A stretch of DNA of 64,000 nucleotides from Microgenomates group bacterium (GTDB lineage Bacteria > Patescibacteriota > Microgenomatia > UBA12405). The notes beneath the pieces are model-generated. The model was given only the letters and a program-made list of their open reading frames with translations. It was not told where the DNA came from and did no database searches. Of the stretch, positions 49,393-57,729 are shown piece by piece. Location: contig JBAQNJ010000001.1 in NCBI GenBank assembly GCA_049303675.1, forward strand, positions 664,711-728,710, read 5' to 3'. The position numbers and the translations under genes are program-made. Numbering within the stretch: the stretch's first letter is position 1; every line of letters begins with the position of its first letter.

Positions 49393-51107
49393 TGTTTACT
49401 TCGTGCTCTTAATTGTAACAGTGCCTCCATTGCTTGTTTATGGTTTGGGTATGCCCTGAGTATCCCCTCTAAGACTGCTATCGCCTGACTATTTTCTCCC
49501 ATTTGAGACAACACCACTGCCAAGACATAATTGACAGTTGGATCATTCGGGCTAACTTTGAGTGCTTTGTTCACATCCTCCAATGCCTGGTCAATTTTTT
49601 TTTCAGTAAGATCGATATTAATTAAGCTTAAATATGTTTGGTACAAAGTTGGACTATAATAAAGGGCAGTATTATAGCTTTCCCTAGCCAAATCCAATCT
49701 GCCCATCTTGAAAAATATATTCGCCCGATTATGGAAGGCATCGGCATAGTTTGGTTTGACAATAGTTGACTGAGTAAATCCCTTGATCGCATTATCATAT
49801 TGCTTTAGCTTATCGTAATCATCCCCAATGTTGTTCCAAGCATTATGTGAATTGGGAGACACCTGACAGGTATTTACCCACAACAAATGATTTGTAGTCC
49901 AATCTTTATTTCTCTGAACTGTTCTAATACTGTAAAAAACCATCAACAATACCAGCAACAACCCTGCCACATATTTATTAAAATTTCCAATTTTAGTGAA
50001 AATTAGCCCCAGCAACAGACAAAATCCCAGTGAACCCAAATAGGCATATCTCTCCGCCACTAGCCAGCTCACTTTTACCGGTGCCATCGACGGCAGAATC
50101 GCCAATAATATAAATAATAAAGCAAATGAATATCTCCTATCCACCCACGAAAAATATATAATAATCCCCAAATACGACAACAATATTAGCCAATTTAGCC
50201 AAACCGGAAAAATATACATCGTGTGGTATAAAGTCAGATCTATTGGCAGCCACAGTAACTGGAGATACTTAGCAATTCCTGTTGGATACTGAAAAAATGG
50301 ATTATAAAAAATACTTTCCGATATATTTGTTCCCGAGTTTACTATTGTCACCCGCGACACGATATGAGGCCAGAAAAATACCAAGACGAGCAACATTGGC
50401 AACAATAACCACGGCCAATATTTGAACCACTTATTATGCCTAATATCAATTTTGAACAACCATAAATACAAGGGAATAATAAAAAATAATGAAAACGGTC
50501 TCGGATTGTCTGTCAAAAACCCTAGTATAAAAAACAGCCACATTCCTCCAAAATATTCGATTTTTTCAGTCTCGACAAACTTGATAAACAATAGTAGGGA
50601 CATTAATACATACATGGCTATCAACAGATACGGCTTGCCCGATATCCAGGTTACCGCCTCCACATGGATCGGATGAACAATAAAGATTGACATCGTCAAC
50701 CACGCCACCACTTTCCCAAACAGATGATAAACCAAGACAAATGCCAAAACACAAGTCACCATAAAAATTACCAAACTACTTAAATGATATTGAAGTGGAG
50801 CCACCCCAAACACTTTGGCCACCATGCTATGGATAAAATAAGTAGTTGCCCCACCTCTAAAGGCATATTGCCATTCTGTTAATTCAGGATTATTCAAAAT
50901 AGTCGCATAATCATCCGACACAAAATCTCCCTGCATTCCATTAGCAAACACCACAATTATCGCCAATAATATAATAGCCAAAAAAACAATATTCTCCTTA
51001 ATAATCTTCAAAAATTGCAACTTTTCCACTGGGCCAGTGTATGACTCTATCACCCTGACACTTTCTTCATGTATTTTTCTCAATTTCTTTAATTTTCTCT
51101 GGGACAT
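49389..51107 (-). CDS. TMTC-like protein: N-terminal polytopic membrane (GT-C-like, loop motif DFVSDDYATILNNP) domain plus C-terminal TPR repeats
   Basis: C-terminal about 200 aa form tandem about 34-aa TPR-like repeats (AWNNIGDDY..., ADAFHNRANIFF..., ...). ATG at 51107 is preceded by TAAAAT (51118..51113) at 5 nt. The ORF-track start 51161 is TTG. Confidence 0.5.
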   Translation of the reverse strand: MSQRKLKKLRKIHEESVRVIESYTGPVEKLQFLKIIKENIVFLAIILLAIIVVFANGMQGDFVSDDYATILNNPELTEWQYAFRGGATTYFIHSMVAKVFGVAPLQYHLSSLVIFMVTCVLAFVLVYHLFGKVVAWLTMSIFIVHPIHVEAVTWISGKPYLLIAMYVLMSLLLFIKFVETEKIEYFGGMWLFFILGFLTDNPRPFSLFFIIPLYLWLFKIDIRHNKWFKYWPWLLLPMLLVLVFFWPHIVSRVTIVNSGTNISESIFYNPFFQYPTGIAKYLQLLWLPIDLTLYHTMYIFPVWLNWLILLSYLGIIIYFSWVDRRYSFALLFILLAILPSMAPVKVSWLVAERYAYLGSLGFCLLLGLIFTKIGNFNKYVAGLLLVLLMVFYSIRTVQRNKDWTTNHLLWVNTCQVSPNSHNAWNNIGDDYDKLKQYDNAIKGFTQSTIVKPNYADAFHNRANIFFKMGRLDLARESYNTALYYSPTLYQTYLSLINIDLTEKKIDQALEDVNKALKVSPNDPTVNYVLAVVLSQMGENSQAIAVLEGILRAYPNHKQAMEALLQLRARSKQ

Positions 51108-51112
51108 AGTCC

Positions 51113-51134
51113 ATTTTAGCAAAAAAATGCTAAA
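51113..51134. promoter_or_regulatory. Candidate -10 box (TAAAAT, - strand) overlapped by perfect inverted repeat TTTAGCA-N6-TGCTAAA (51115-51134); possible operator
   Basis: Read directly. The inverted-repeat arms are 7 bp and the spacer is A6. Confidence 0.3.
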
Positions 51135-51464
51135 CTCATCCAGCTGAAAGATATACTCCAACCACTAATACTCACCGTTTATCGACTCGAAGGCTATAGA
51201 TTTTTAGCCACCAGAACTAGCCACCCGTCTTTTTCTCAAATAATCCTTCGGCCACTAGACCAGAAAGATTCGTTTTTGACCCATCAGGCAGTCACCTTCT
51301 TACACAATAATCTCTGTGATCAATGTATTTGTTCTTCACATGTTCGCCTCGGTGACAAAGCACTCCATTGCCAAAATCCCCAAAGACATCCTAGTTATCG
51401 GACCAATCTTGATTTAAATTGTTACCTGCCTCAAAACATAGCCGAATATCGTCTCCACTGGTAA

Positions 51465-52358
51465 CTACATCTTCCACGCAAGACGATAGCCCAGTTCCTT
51501 TTTAGCTTTCTCCGATTTAAAACTCATGTTTACCAGTTTGGCCATTGCCAACCATTTTACCAATCCAGCTGGCAACCTAAACCTCAAATATTTTTTACCC
51601 AATATATGAGACAACTTTTGCAAATAATCAATTACCCGTATATTTTGGCCACCTAATATATATTCTTCGCCCGATTTTCCCGCCTCATATGCCAAAACAA
51701 TTCCCATCCCCAGATCATGAACGTCCACAATATTGATAATTCTCTCTTTACTCCCAATCGCCGCCATTATCCCCCCAGGAATTCCACCACCTATATTCTG
51801 CCATATCCAAGCCAAAAACTTACTGTTAATATTATTACTATATTTTTTCCACGAATTTACGTCCACCACAATACTCGGCATCACTGTCACCACCTTTCTC
51901 TTCTGCGCTCGTATTACTTTCAACGCCTCGATCTTTGTCTGAATATATTTGTCTTTTTTAGCATCTTCTCGGAGAGCCGCCTTTTCGTCGCCTGTCTTCT
52001 CACCTGTATCTGCATAGACTACTACGCTAGACACCATCACCAGTTTTGTCTTCTCATCTGCCATATTCATAATTCTTCCAACAGTCTTCACATTAATTTC
52101 CCAAAATTCTTCCCACGATTTAGTTTTATCCATTGTTGCCGCACAATGAATTAGTCCGTCAACATTTCTCAACATTTTTTTCAAAACAATCACATTTGTC
52201 AAATCTCCTTCAACAACTTCAACTTCCTTAGCTGTCCAGCCATGTTTTCGACTGTGTGCCAATATTCTCACCCCAAAACCTTTCTCCAGCAATATTTTAA
52301 CCACTACCCGCCCCACAGTCCCTGTCGCCCCTGTCACTGCCACAATTCTTTTATTCAT
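51465..52358 (-). CDS. NAD(P)-binding epimerase/dehydratase-like SDR (NmrA/atypical SDR type)
   Basis: IVAVTGATGTVGRVVV (TGxxGxxG Rossmann motif) at the N-terminus using ATG 52358. The ORF-track start 52397 is TTG. Confidence 0.6.
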   Translation of the reverse strand: MNKRIVAVTGATGTVGRVVVKILLEKGFGVRILAHSRKHGWTAKEVEVVEGDLTNVIVLKKMLRNVDGLIHCAATMDKTKSWEEFWEINVKTVGRIMNMADEKTKLVMVSSVVVYADTGEKTGDEKAALREDAKKDKYIQTKIEALKVIRAQKRKVVTVMPSIVVDVNSWKKYSNNINSKFLAWIWQNIGGGIPGGIMAAIGSKERIINIVDVHDLGMGIVLAYEAGKSGEEYILGGQNIRVIDYLQKLSHILGKKYLRFRLPAGLVKWLAMAKLVNMSFKSEKAKKELGYRLAWKM

Positions 52359-52380
52359 CAATGCATTATATAATAGTTCT
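52359..52380. promoter_or_regulatory. Bidirectional leaderless promoter: overlapping opposing TATAAT boxes within ATTATATAAT (52365-52374), each 6 nt from its ATG (52358 on - strand, 52381 on + strand)
   Basis: Read directly. Confidence 0.4.
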
Positions 52381-53181
52381 ATGATCCAGCTAATCAAAGA
52401 AATTCATTCTATCGTCAAATGGCGCGAGTTGCTCTGGCAGATGGTGGGTCGGGAAATCAAAGCTCGCTACAAACAATCAATTCTTGGCTACTTTTGGGTT
52501 ATTCTCAATCCACTTGCCCAAATGCTAGTCATGTCTTTTGCTTTTTCCATTATCATGCGCATTCCTACCAATGCCGCCGGCAACATTCCCTATTCCATCT
52601 TCTTGTTTGTCGGCCTCTTACCATGGACACTTTTTTCCAACTCTCTTTCTTTTTCTTGCAGCTCTCTCGTCAATTCTGCCTCGCTAATTACTAAAATATA
52701 TTTCCCTCGGACAATCCTAGTTATCGCTACCATTCTTGCCAAAATTATTGATTTTATTTTTGCCCTAACTATTTTGATTATCTATATGGTCATTTATCAA
52801 ATTCCCATTAATTTCAACATACTCTGGATATTTCCTATTTTTATCATTCAACAAATATTTACTCTCGGTTTATCACTTTTTATTGCCGCTGCCAATTTGC
52901 TTTACCGCGACATCCAATATTTACTCAATTTGTTACTAGTTTTGTGGATGTATCTCACCCCCGTTATTTATCCTGCCGATATCGTCCCCGACAAATACAG
53001 GTTTGTCTTTCAACTCAATCCTATGGCCGTAATTATTAACGCCTATCGTCAAACCGTCCTCGGCGGTGGCACCCCCAACATCTCCAGCCTAGTTATTGCC
53101 CTAATTCTCTCAGTTTTCATGCTCTTTATCGGCTTATCCTATTTCAAGTCCCGTGAAAAAATCTTCGCGGATAACATCTAA
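52381..53181 (+). CDS. wzm: ABC-2 type polysaccharide/teichoic-acid exporter permease (Wzm/TagG/KpsM-like)
   Basis: GREIKARYKQSILGYFWVILNPL signature of ABC-2 permeases. Six TM helices. 266 aa. Confidence 0.75.
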   Translation: MIQLIKEIHSIVKWRELLWQMVGREIKARYKQSILGYFWVILNPLAQMLVMSFAFSIIMRIPTNAAGNIPYSIFLFVGLLPWTLFSNSLSFSCSSLVNSASLITKIYFPRTILVIATILAKIIDFIFALTILIIYMVIYQIPINFNILWIFPIFIIQQIFTLGLSLFIAAANLLYRDIQYLLNLLLVLWMYLTPVIYPADIVPDKYRFVFQLNPMAVIINAYRQTVLGGGTPNISSLVIALILSVFMLFIGLSYFKSREKIFADNI

Positions 53182-53182
53182 C

Positions 53183-53698
53183 ATGTCACCAATAAAACCA
53201 AAAACCTACGCTTTTATTGACAGCCAAAATCTTAATCTTGGTGTCAAGAGTCAGGGTTGGTCCCTTGACTGGAGTAAATTCCGACAATATCTCCGGAATA
53301 AATTCAACGTCTCAAAAGCTTATATATTCATTGGTTACAAGCCGGGAAACGAGTCTCTCTACACCACTCTTCAACAAAATGGATTTGTAATAATTCTAAA
53401 ACCAACTTTAGAATTGCCCAACGGCACTGTTAAAGGTAATGTCGACGCTGAACTAGTTTTGCATACTATGATCGAATATCCCCATTTTCAAAAAGCGATA
53501 ATCGTTTCTGGTGACGGAGATTTCAGGTGCCTAGTCGAGTATCTATCTCAAAAAAAGAAATTGTTACACGTCTTAACTCCCAACAAGTTTTATTCTAGAT
53601 TATACAAACCTTTTTCTGGTTATATTATTAGAATTGATATACTAAAAAATAGTCTACAACAAAAAAAGACTGGCATCGGCGGTCGGTCGAAACCTTAG
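53183..53698 (+). CDS. NYN-domain (LabA-like, PIN-fold) predicted ribonuclease
   Basis: YAFIDSQNLNLG ... IVSGDGDF pattern of NYN domains. ATG 53183 is 1 nt after the wzm stop. Confidence 0.55.
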   Translation: MSPIKPKTYAFIDSQNLNLGVKSQGWSLDWSKFRQYLRNKFNVSKAYIFIGYKPGNESLYTTLQQNGFVIILKPTLELPNGTVKGNVDAELVLHTMIEYPHFQKAIIVSGDGDFRCLVEYLSQKKKLLHVLTPNKFYSRLYKPFSGYIIRIDILKNSLQQKKTGIGGRSKP

Positions 53699-53740
53699 GC
53701 TTATCCAGTCATCGTGATAAACAATTATATAAAATATTCC

Positions 53741-54472
53741 ATGAAAAATCAAGCCAACCCACCCATCGTCATAAAATTTGATCATGTCACCAAAGACTTT
53801 TCACACAATAATCAAAAAACATTCAAGGAATTTCTCCCCGCCCTATTCCTAGGGGAGAAAACTGTCGATCGCTTTACTGCACTCCAAGACATCTCATTTG
53901 AAATCAAAAAAGGCGAATGTATCGGTATCATTGGTCCAAACGGTAGCGGCAAGTCAACTATCCTCAAACTAATTGCTCGAGTCATGAGTCCAAGTAGCGG
54001 TACTGTCCATGTCCATGGCAAGGTCTCACCCCTCATCGAGCTTGGAGCGGGCATGCACCCAGAGTTAACTGGTCGGGAAAATATTTATCTTAATGGGGCA
54101 ATATTAGGCCTTCATCGACGTGAAATAGATGCCAATCTCCAGGGTATTATTGATTTTTCTGAGCTGTCCGAGTTTATTGACCAGCCCATCAAACATTACA
54201 GTTCCGGCATGTATATGCGCCTAGCATTTAGTATTGCTATTCATGTTAATCCCGAGATATTAATTGTCGACGAAATTCTGGCAGTCGGGGATCCTGAATT
54301 TCAGACAAAATGTATTACTAGAATGAACCAATTCAAAAAAAAAGGTGTTACCACCGTCTTCGTTTCTCATGATCTGGATCTAGTTTACAAGTTTTGCACC
54401 AGAGTCATTAAACTAAACCATCCTCGCGTTGTAAATAGTAGTTTACACATTACAACTCAGACACTTAAATGA
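53741..54472 (+). CDS. wzt: ABC transporter ATP-binding protein (Wzt/TagH-like, short form without C-terminal carbohydrate-binding domain)
   Basis: Walker A GPNGSGKST. Signature YSSGMYMRLAFSIA. Walker B ILIVDE. H-loop VSHD. TAAAAT (53730-53735) 5 nt before ATG 53741. Confidence 0.75.
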   Translation: MKNQANPPIVIKFDHVTKDFSHNNQKTFKEFLPALFLGEKTVDRFTALQDISFEIKKGECIGIIGPNGSGKSTILKLIARVMSPSSGTVHVHGKVSPLIELGAGMHPELTGRENIYLNGAILGLHRREIDANLQGIIDFSELSEFIDQPIKHYSSGMYMRLAFSIAIHVNPEILIVDEILAVGDPEFQTKCITRMNQFKKKGVTTVFVSHDLDLVYKFCTRVIKLNHPRVVNSSLHITTQTLK

Positions 54473-55287
54473 GTATTTATCACAAACATTTTTCACCAAA
54501 ACAAATTTTAGATCAAAACACTAGTTATTCGAAAATACTCTCAAAAATACATTCTGCTCCCCAAAGAGTGCTTGATATAGGTTGTGCATCGGGTTATTTC
54601 GGGGAAGTAATCATTAAAAAATACAAGACGGAAGTCTGGGGAATCGATTCTAATCTGAAAGATATCAATATAGCTGCCAAGAAGTTAACTAGGGTAATGA
54701 AACTGGATATAGAAAACTATGATTTTCGCAAAATAAAAGAAAAATTTGATCTTATTATTTTAGCCGATATAATCGAACACTTAAAAAATCCATCTATTTT
54801 ATTAACAAAAGTTCAACACCTTTTAACTCCCACTGGAATAGTGATTTGCTCAGTTCCCAATTTTCTACACTTTTCCATCAAATGCAAAATTATGAACAAT
54901 AATTGGAGTTATGAAAGCTTTGGTCTTTTAGATAAGACACACCTTCATTTTTTTGGTTACAACAGTTTAGTCAGTTTATTAGAATCTACTAATTATTATA
55001 TTTACGATATGGATTTTGTTACCACTGAATTGTCTAGGAAGCTGCTTCTAAAAAGTCTTGTTGGCTCTGACATTCCTTTGACTGCTGGGCATATCGATAA
55101 ACTGTTTTCTTTAGAATCGAGAATCTTTCAATACATTATTGTAATGGGTACTAAAAAACCAATAAAATATAATAGCTATCTCAATAAAAAGCTATCGGTT
55201 CTTCAGGAAAACAAAACTAAGAGTTTATTTAATCGCCTAGTATCATTCATCATACCCATCTTTCAAAAAATATATGGAAAACAATAA
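54469..55287 (+). CDS. Class I SAM-dependent methyltransferase
   Basis: VLDIGCASGYFGEV (motif I), LIILADIIEHL. Confidence 0.6.
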   Translation: MSIYHKHFSPKQILDQNTSYSKILSKIHSAPQRVLDIGCASGYFGEVIIKKYKTEVWGIDSNLKDINIAAKKLTRVMKLDIENYDFRKIKEKFDLIILADIIEHLKNPSILLTKVQHLLTPTGIVICSVPNFLHFSIKCKIMNNNWSYESFGLLDKTHLHFFGYNSLVSLLESTNYYIYDMDFVTTELSRKLLLKSLVGSDIPLTAGHIDKLFSLESRIFQYIIVMGTKKPIKYNSYLNKKLSVLQENKTKSLFNRLVSFIIPIFQKIYGKQ

Positions 55288-56314
55288 AGTATTTGCTTCA
55301 ATAATTGTCCTCAACTACCAGGGTGAAAAAATTATCAAACAAACCATTGATTCCCTTCTCGAAGTAAAATACCCTCGTGGAAAATTCGAAATAATTATTG
55401 CCGATAATCACTCTCTAGACAATAGTACTGAAATCATTAAATCATATGGTAATGGTGTAAAATATCTGCCATTTTCCCAAAATTTTGGGTTTGCCAAAGG
55501 TAATAACCTAGCTATTAAGTCAACTCACGGTAAATATATCATCCTCCTAAATAACGATTGCATTGTTGAGAGAAACTGGTTGAGTGAATTAATTAAATTA
55601 GCAGACACAAATCCAAAAATATTTTCTGTCGGCTCCAAAATAAAACAATACCCCCCGTCAAAAAATACCATACAAAATGCCGGTAGTATTGTATTTCACG
55701 ATGGCTACACTAAGGATATAGGTGCGATTATCAATCAAGATCATCAGCAATCATACGAACAAGACTCAGGTCAATACGACGAACCATCCTCTGTCTATAG
55801 CACCTGTGGAGCCGCAGTGCTATATCGACGAAGTATCATGAAAAAAATTGGCTTATTAGATGAAAATTTTTTTATGTACTACGAAGATCTAGAAATTTGC
55901 GAGAGGGCCAGACTGTGTGGTTACCAAAATATGTATTGCCCAACTGCTGTTGCCTACCATAACCATGCCCAATCTAGCAAAGAGTGGTCACCATTTTTTA
56001 TTTACCATACTGAAAAAGGACGACTACTCCATATCTTCTACCACTTTCCACTTAAAGTATTTCTCACCCAATTCGTAATTTTTACAGCTAAATCAAAGCT
56101 ACGTTTCATCAGATCAATATTAATTCGAAAAAATACGTTAAGGAGTTGGCAATATTTAAAGGTAATTTTTTATTTTATTTTCAGTTTTCCCAAAATCAGT
56201 CGCAAACGTAAATTATTTTCCAGATTATACACATCAGACAAAAGATCAAAGAACTATCACCAAATTCTCTCGGGTTATTGGTACCTCAAAAAAAACGCTT
56301 ATCAGGTTATTTGA
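55274..56314 (+). CDS. Glycosyltransferase family 2
   Basis: ASIIVLNYQGEK...IIADNHSLDNS...LLNNDCIV...YYEDLE. Confidence 0.7.
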   Translation: MENNKVFASIIVLNYQGEKIIKQTIDSLLEVKYPRGKFEIIIADNHSLDNSTEIIKSYGNGVKYLPFSQNFGFAKGNNLAIKSTHGKYIILLNNDCIVERNWLSELIKLADTNPKIFSVGSKIKQYPPSKNTIQNAGSIVFHDGYTKDIGAIINQDHQQSYEQDSGQYDEPSSVYSTCGAAVLYRRSIMKKIGLLDENFFMYYEDLEICERARLCGYQNMYCPTAVAYHNHAQSSKEWSPFFIYHTEKGRLLHIFYHFPLKVFLTQFVIFTAKSKLRFIRSILIRKNTLRSWQYLKVIFYFIFSFPKISRKRKLFSRLYTSDKRSKNYHQILSGYWYLKKNAYQVI

Positions 56315-57729
56315 TGCTGTTAAATTTTATGAAAACTGCTTTTATCTACGACAAATGGTATTCTCAGCTGGGTGGTGGTGAGGTAGTTGCTTCCCACCTA
56401 GCACTTTGCCTTCACCAATTAGGTTACGACACTACTATAATATCCGGTTCCTCCGTTTCCCTCGACAAAATAAAATCAATCCAAGGACTAGATCTGTCTT
56501 CCATCAAATTTGTTGAATCCTTCGACGATCAGCTTCGACTTAATCAAATTACTGCAGGTGCCAATATCTTTATTAATACTTCCTTTTGGGACTACTCTGT
56601 TGGTTCAGCCGAAAAAAATTATTATTATTGTTTTTTTCCTAGTCCCATCAAATCCCAACTCCTAAAACAGATTTTATCCTCTGTTGTCCGTCCCTACGAA
56701 ATTACCTCTGATCACAAATACATTTTTTACAATCTAGTCCCTAGCCGTACCTACACCCTCAAATTTTCCCTTGTTTTACCAGAATTTTCCGTTACTAATT
56801 TAAAAAACAGTGCCATAAAACTAGAAAATGCGACTATACTTAGCCATCAAATTACCATAAATCACTTCCAAAACAAAATCAGCTATAAATTTGTCTATCA
56901 GCCACTTACCAGCTCTGTCTGGTTCAAATCAAAGCTTCCCCTCAAACTTTACCATTATCCCTTTCAAAATAAGCTATTTTCTCTCCTTCGCTCCGGCACT
57001 TTTGTTGACCTGAAGAACAATTTAAAAGGATTCCATAAAATCTTCGCCACCTCTGTCTATACCCAGCAGTGGATCCAAAAATATTGGCATATTAAGTCGT
57101 CACTATTGTATCCACCAGTTCCTTTGCTAGTCAGTCGGCATAACCCTAAGAAAAAACAAATTTGTTCCATCGGTCGGTTTACCACACTCGGCAATAATAA
57201 AAAACATGAGGTAATGATTCAGGCTTTCAAACAGTTAATCGATGCGGGACTACTCGGCTGGGAACTTCATTTGGCTGGTGGATTAGGCAACGAACCCACT
57301 AGTCAACAATATGCCCAGAACCTACAGCATCAAATTGGTAGTTACCCCATATTTCTTCACTTTAGCCCGCCTCGATCATTTATCAAGCAAATGTTGTCAG
57401 AATCTACCATTTATTGGCATGCCGCTGGTTTTGGATTAGACCGAGACAAATACCCAGAACAATTTGAACATTTTGGTATTACCCCCCTCGAAGCCATCTC
57501 CGCTGGTTGTGTCCCAGTTGTTTTTGCTGGTGGGGGACTAACTGAAGTTGTTACCTCCATAGGACTAGATCCTAAGCTTCATACCTTTCACACCATCCCC
57601 GAGCTTGTTAGTCACACCAAAAAAATTATCAAAGACAGAACTACTTTACCACCAAATATCCACAAACTCATATCCTCCAAATTTTCCATCAATACTTTCT
57701 ACAAGAATCTAATAAAATTAGTTACCTAA
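56314..57729 (+). CDS. Glycosyltransferase family 4 with N-terminal extension
   Basis: ATG 56314 in TGATG overlap. EHFGITPLEAISAGCVPVV motif. Confidence 0.65.
   Translation: MLLNFMKTAFIYDKWYSQLGGGEVVASHLALCLHQLGYDTTIISGSSVSLDKIKSIQGLDLSSIKFVESFDDQLRLNQITAGANIFINTSFWDYSVGSAEKNYYYCFFPSPIKSQLLKQILSSVVRPYEITSDHKYIFYNLVPSRTYTLKFSLVLPEFSVTNLKNSAIKLENATILSHQITINHFQNKISYKFVYQPLTSSVWFKSKLPLKLYHYPFQNKLFSLLRSGTFVDLKNNLKGFHKIFATSVYTQQWIQKYWHIKSSLLYPPVPLLVSRHNPKKKQICSIGRFTTLGNNKKHEVMIQAFKQLIDAGLLGWELHLAGGLGNEPTSQQYAQNLQHQIGSYPIFLHFSPPRSFIKQMLSESTIYWHAAGFGLDRDKYPEQFEHFGITPLEAISAGCVPVVFAGGGLTEVVTSIGLDPKLHTFHTIPELVSHTKKIIKDRTTLPPNIHKLISSKFSINTFYKNLIKLVT

Noticed and set aside
51276-51464. 62-aa ORF in the long intergenic region with several Cys (LCDQCICSSH...HC), superficially zinc-ribbon-like
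   Set aside because: It starts with TTG, not ATG. It has no -10 box at the spacing seen for real genes here. Its composition differs from neighbouring genes. It ends exactly at the convergent SDR gene. Most likely a chance ORF in non-coding DNA.
51108-51464. tRNA or other structured RNA gene in the 350-bp gap
   Set aside because: No cloverleaf-compatible acceptor or T-arm pairing and no GTTCRANYC-like T-loop could be found by eye. Left as an open possibility in findings, but not called as a feature.
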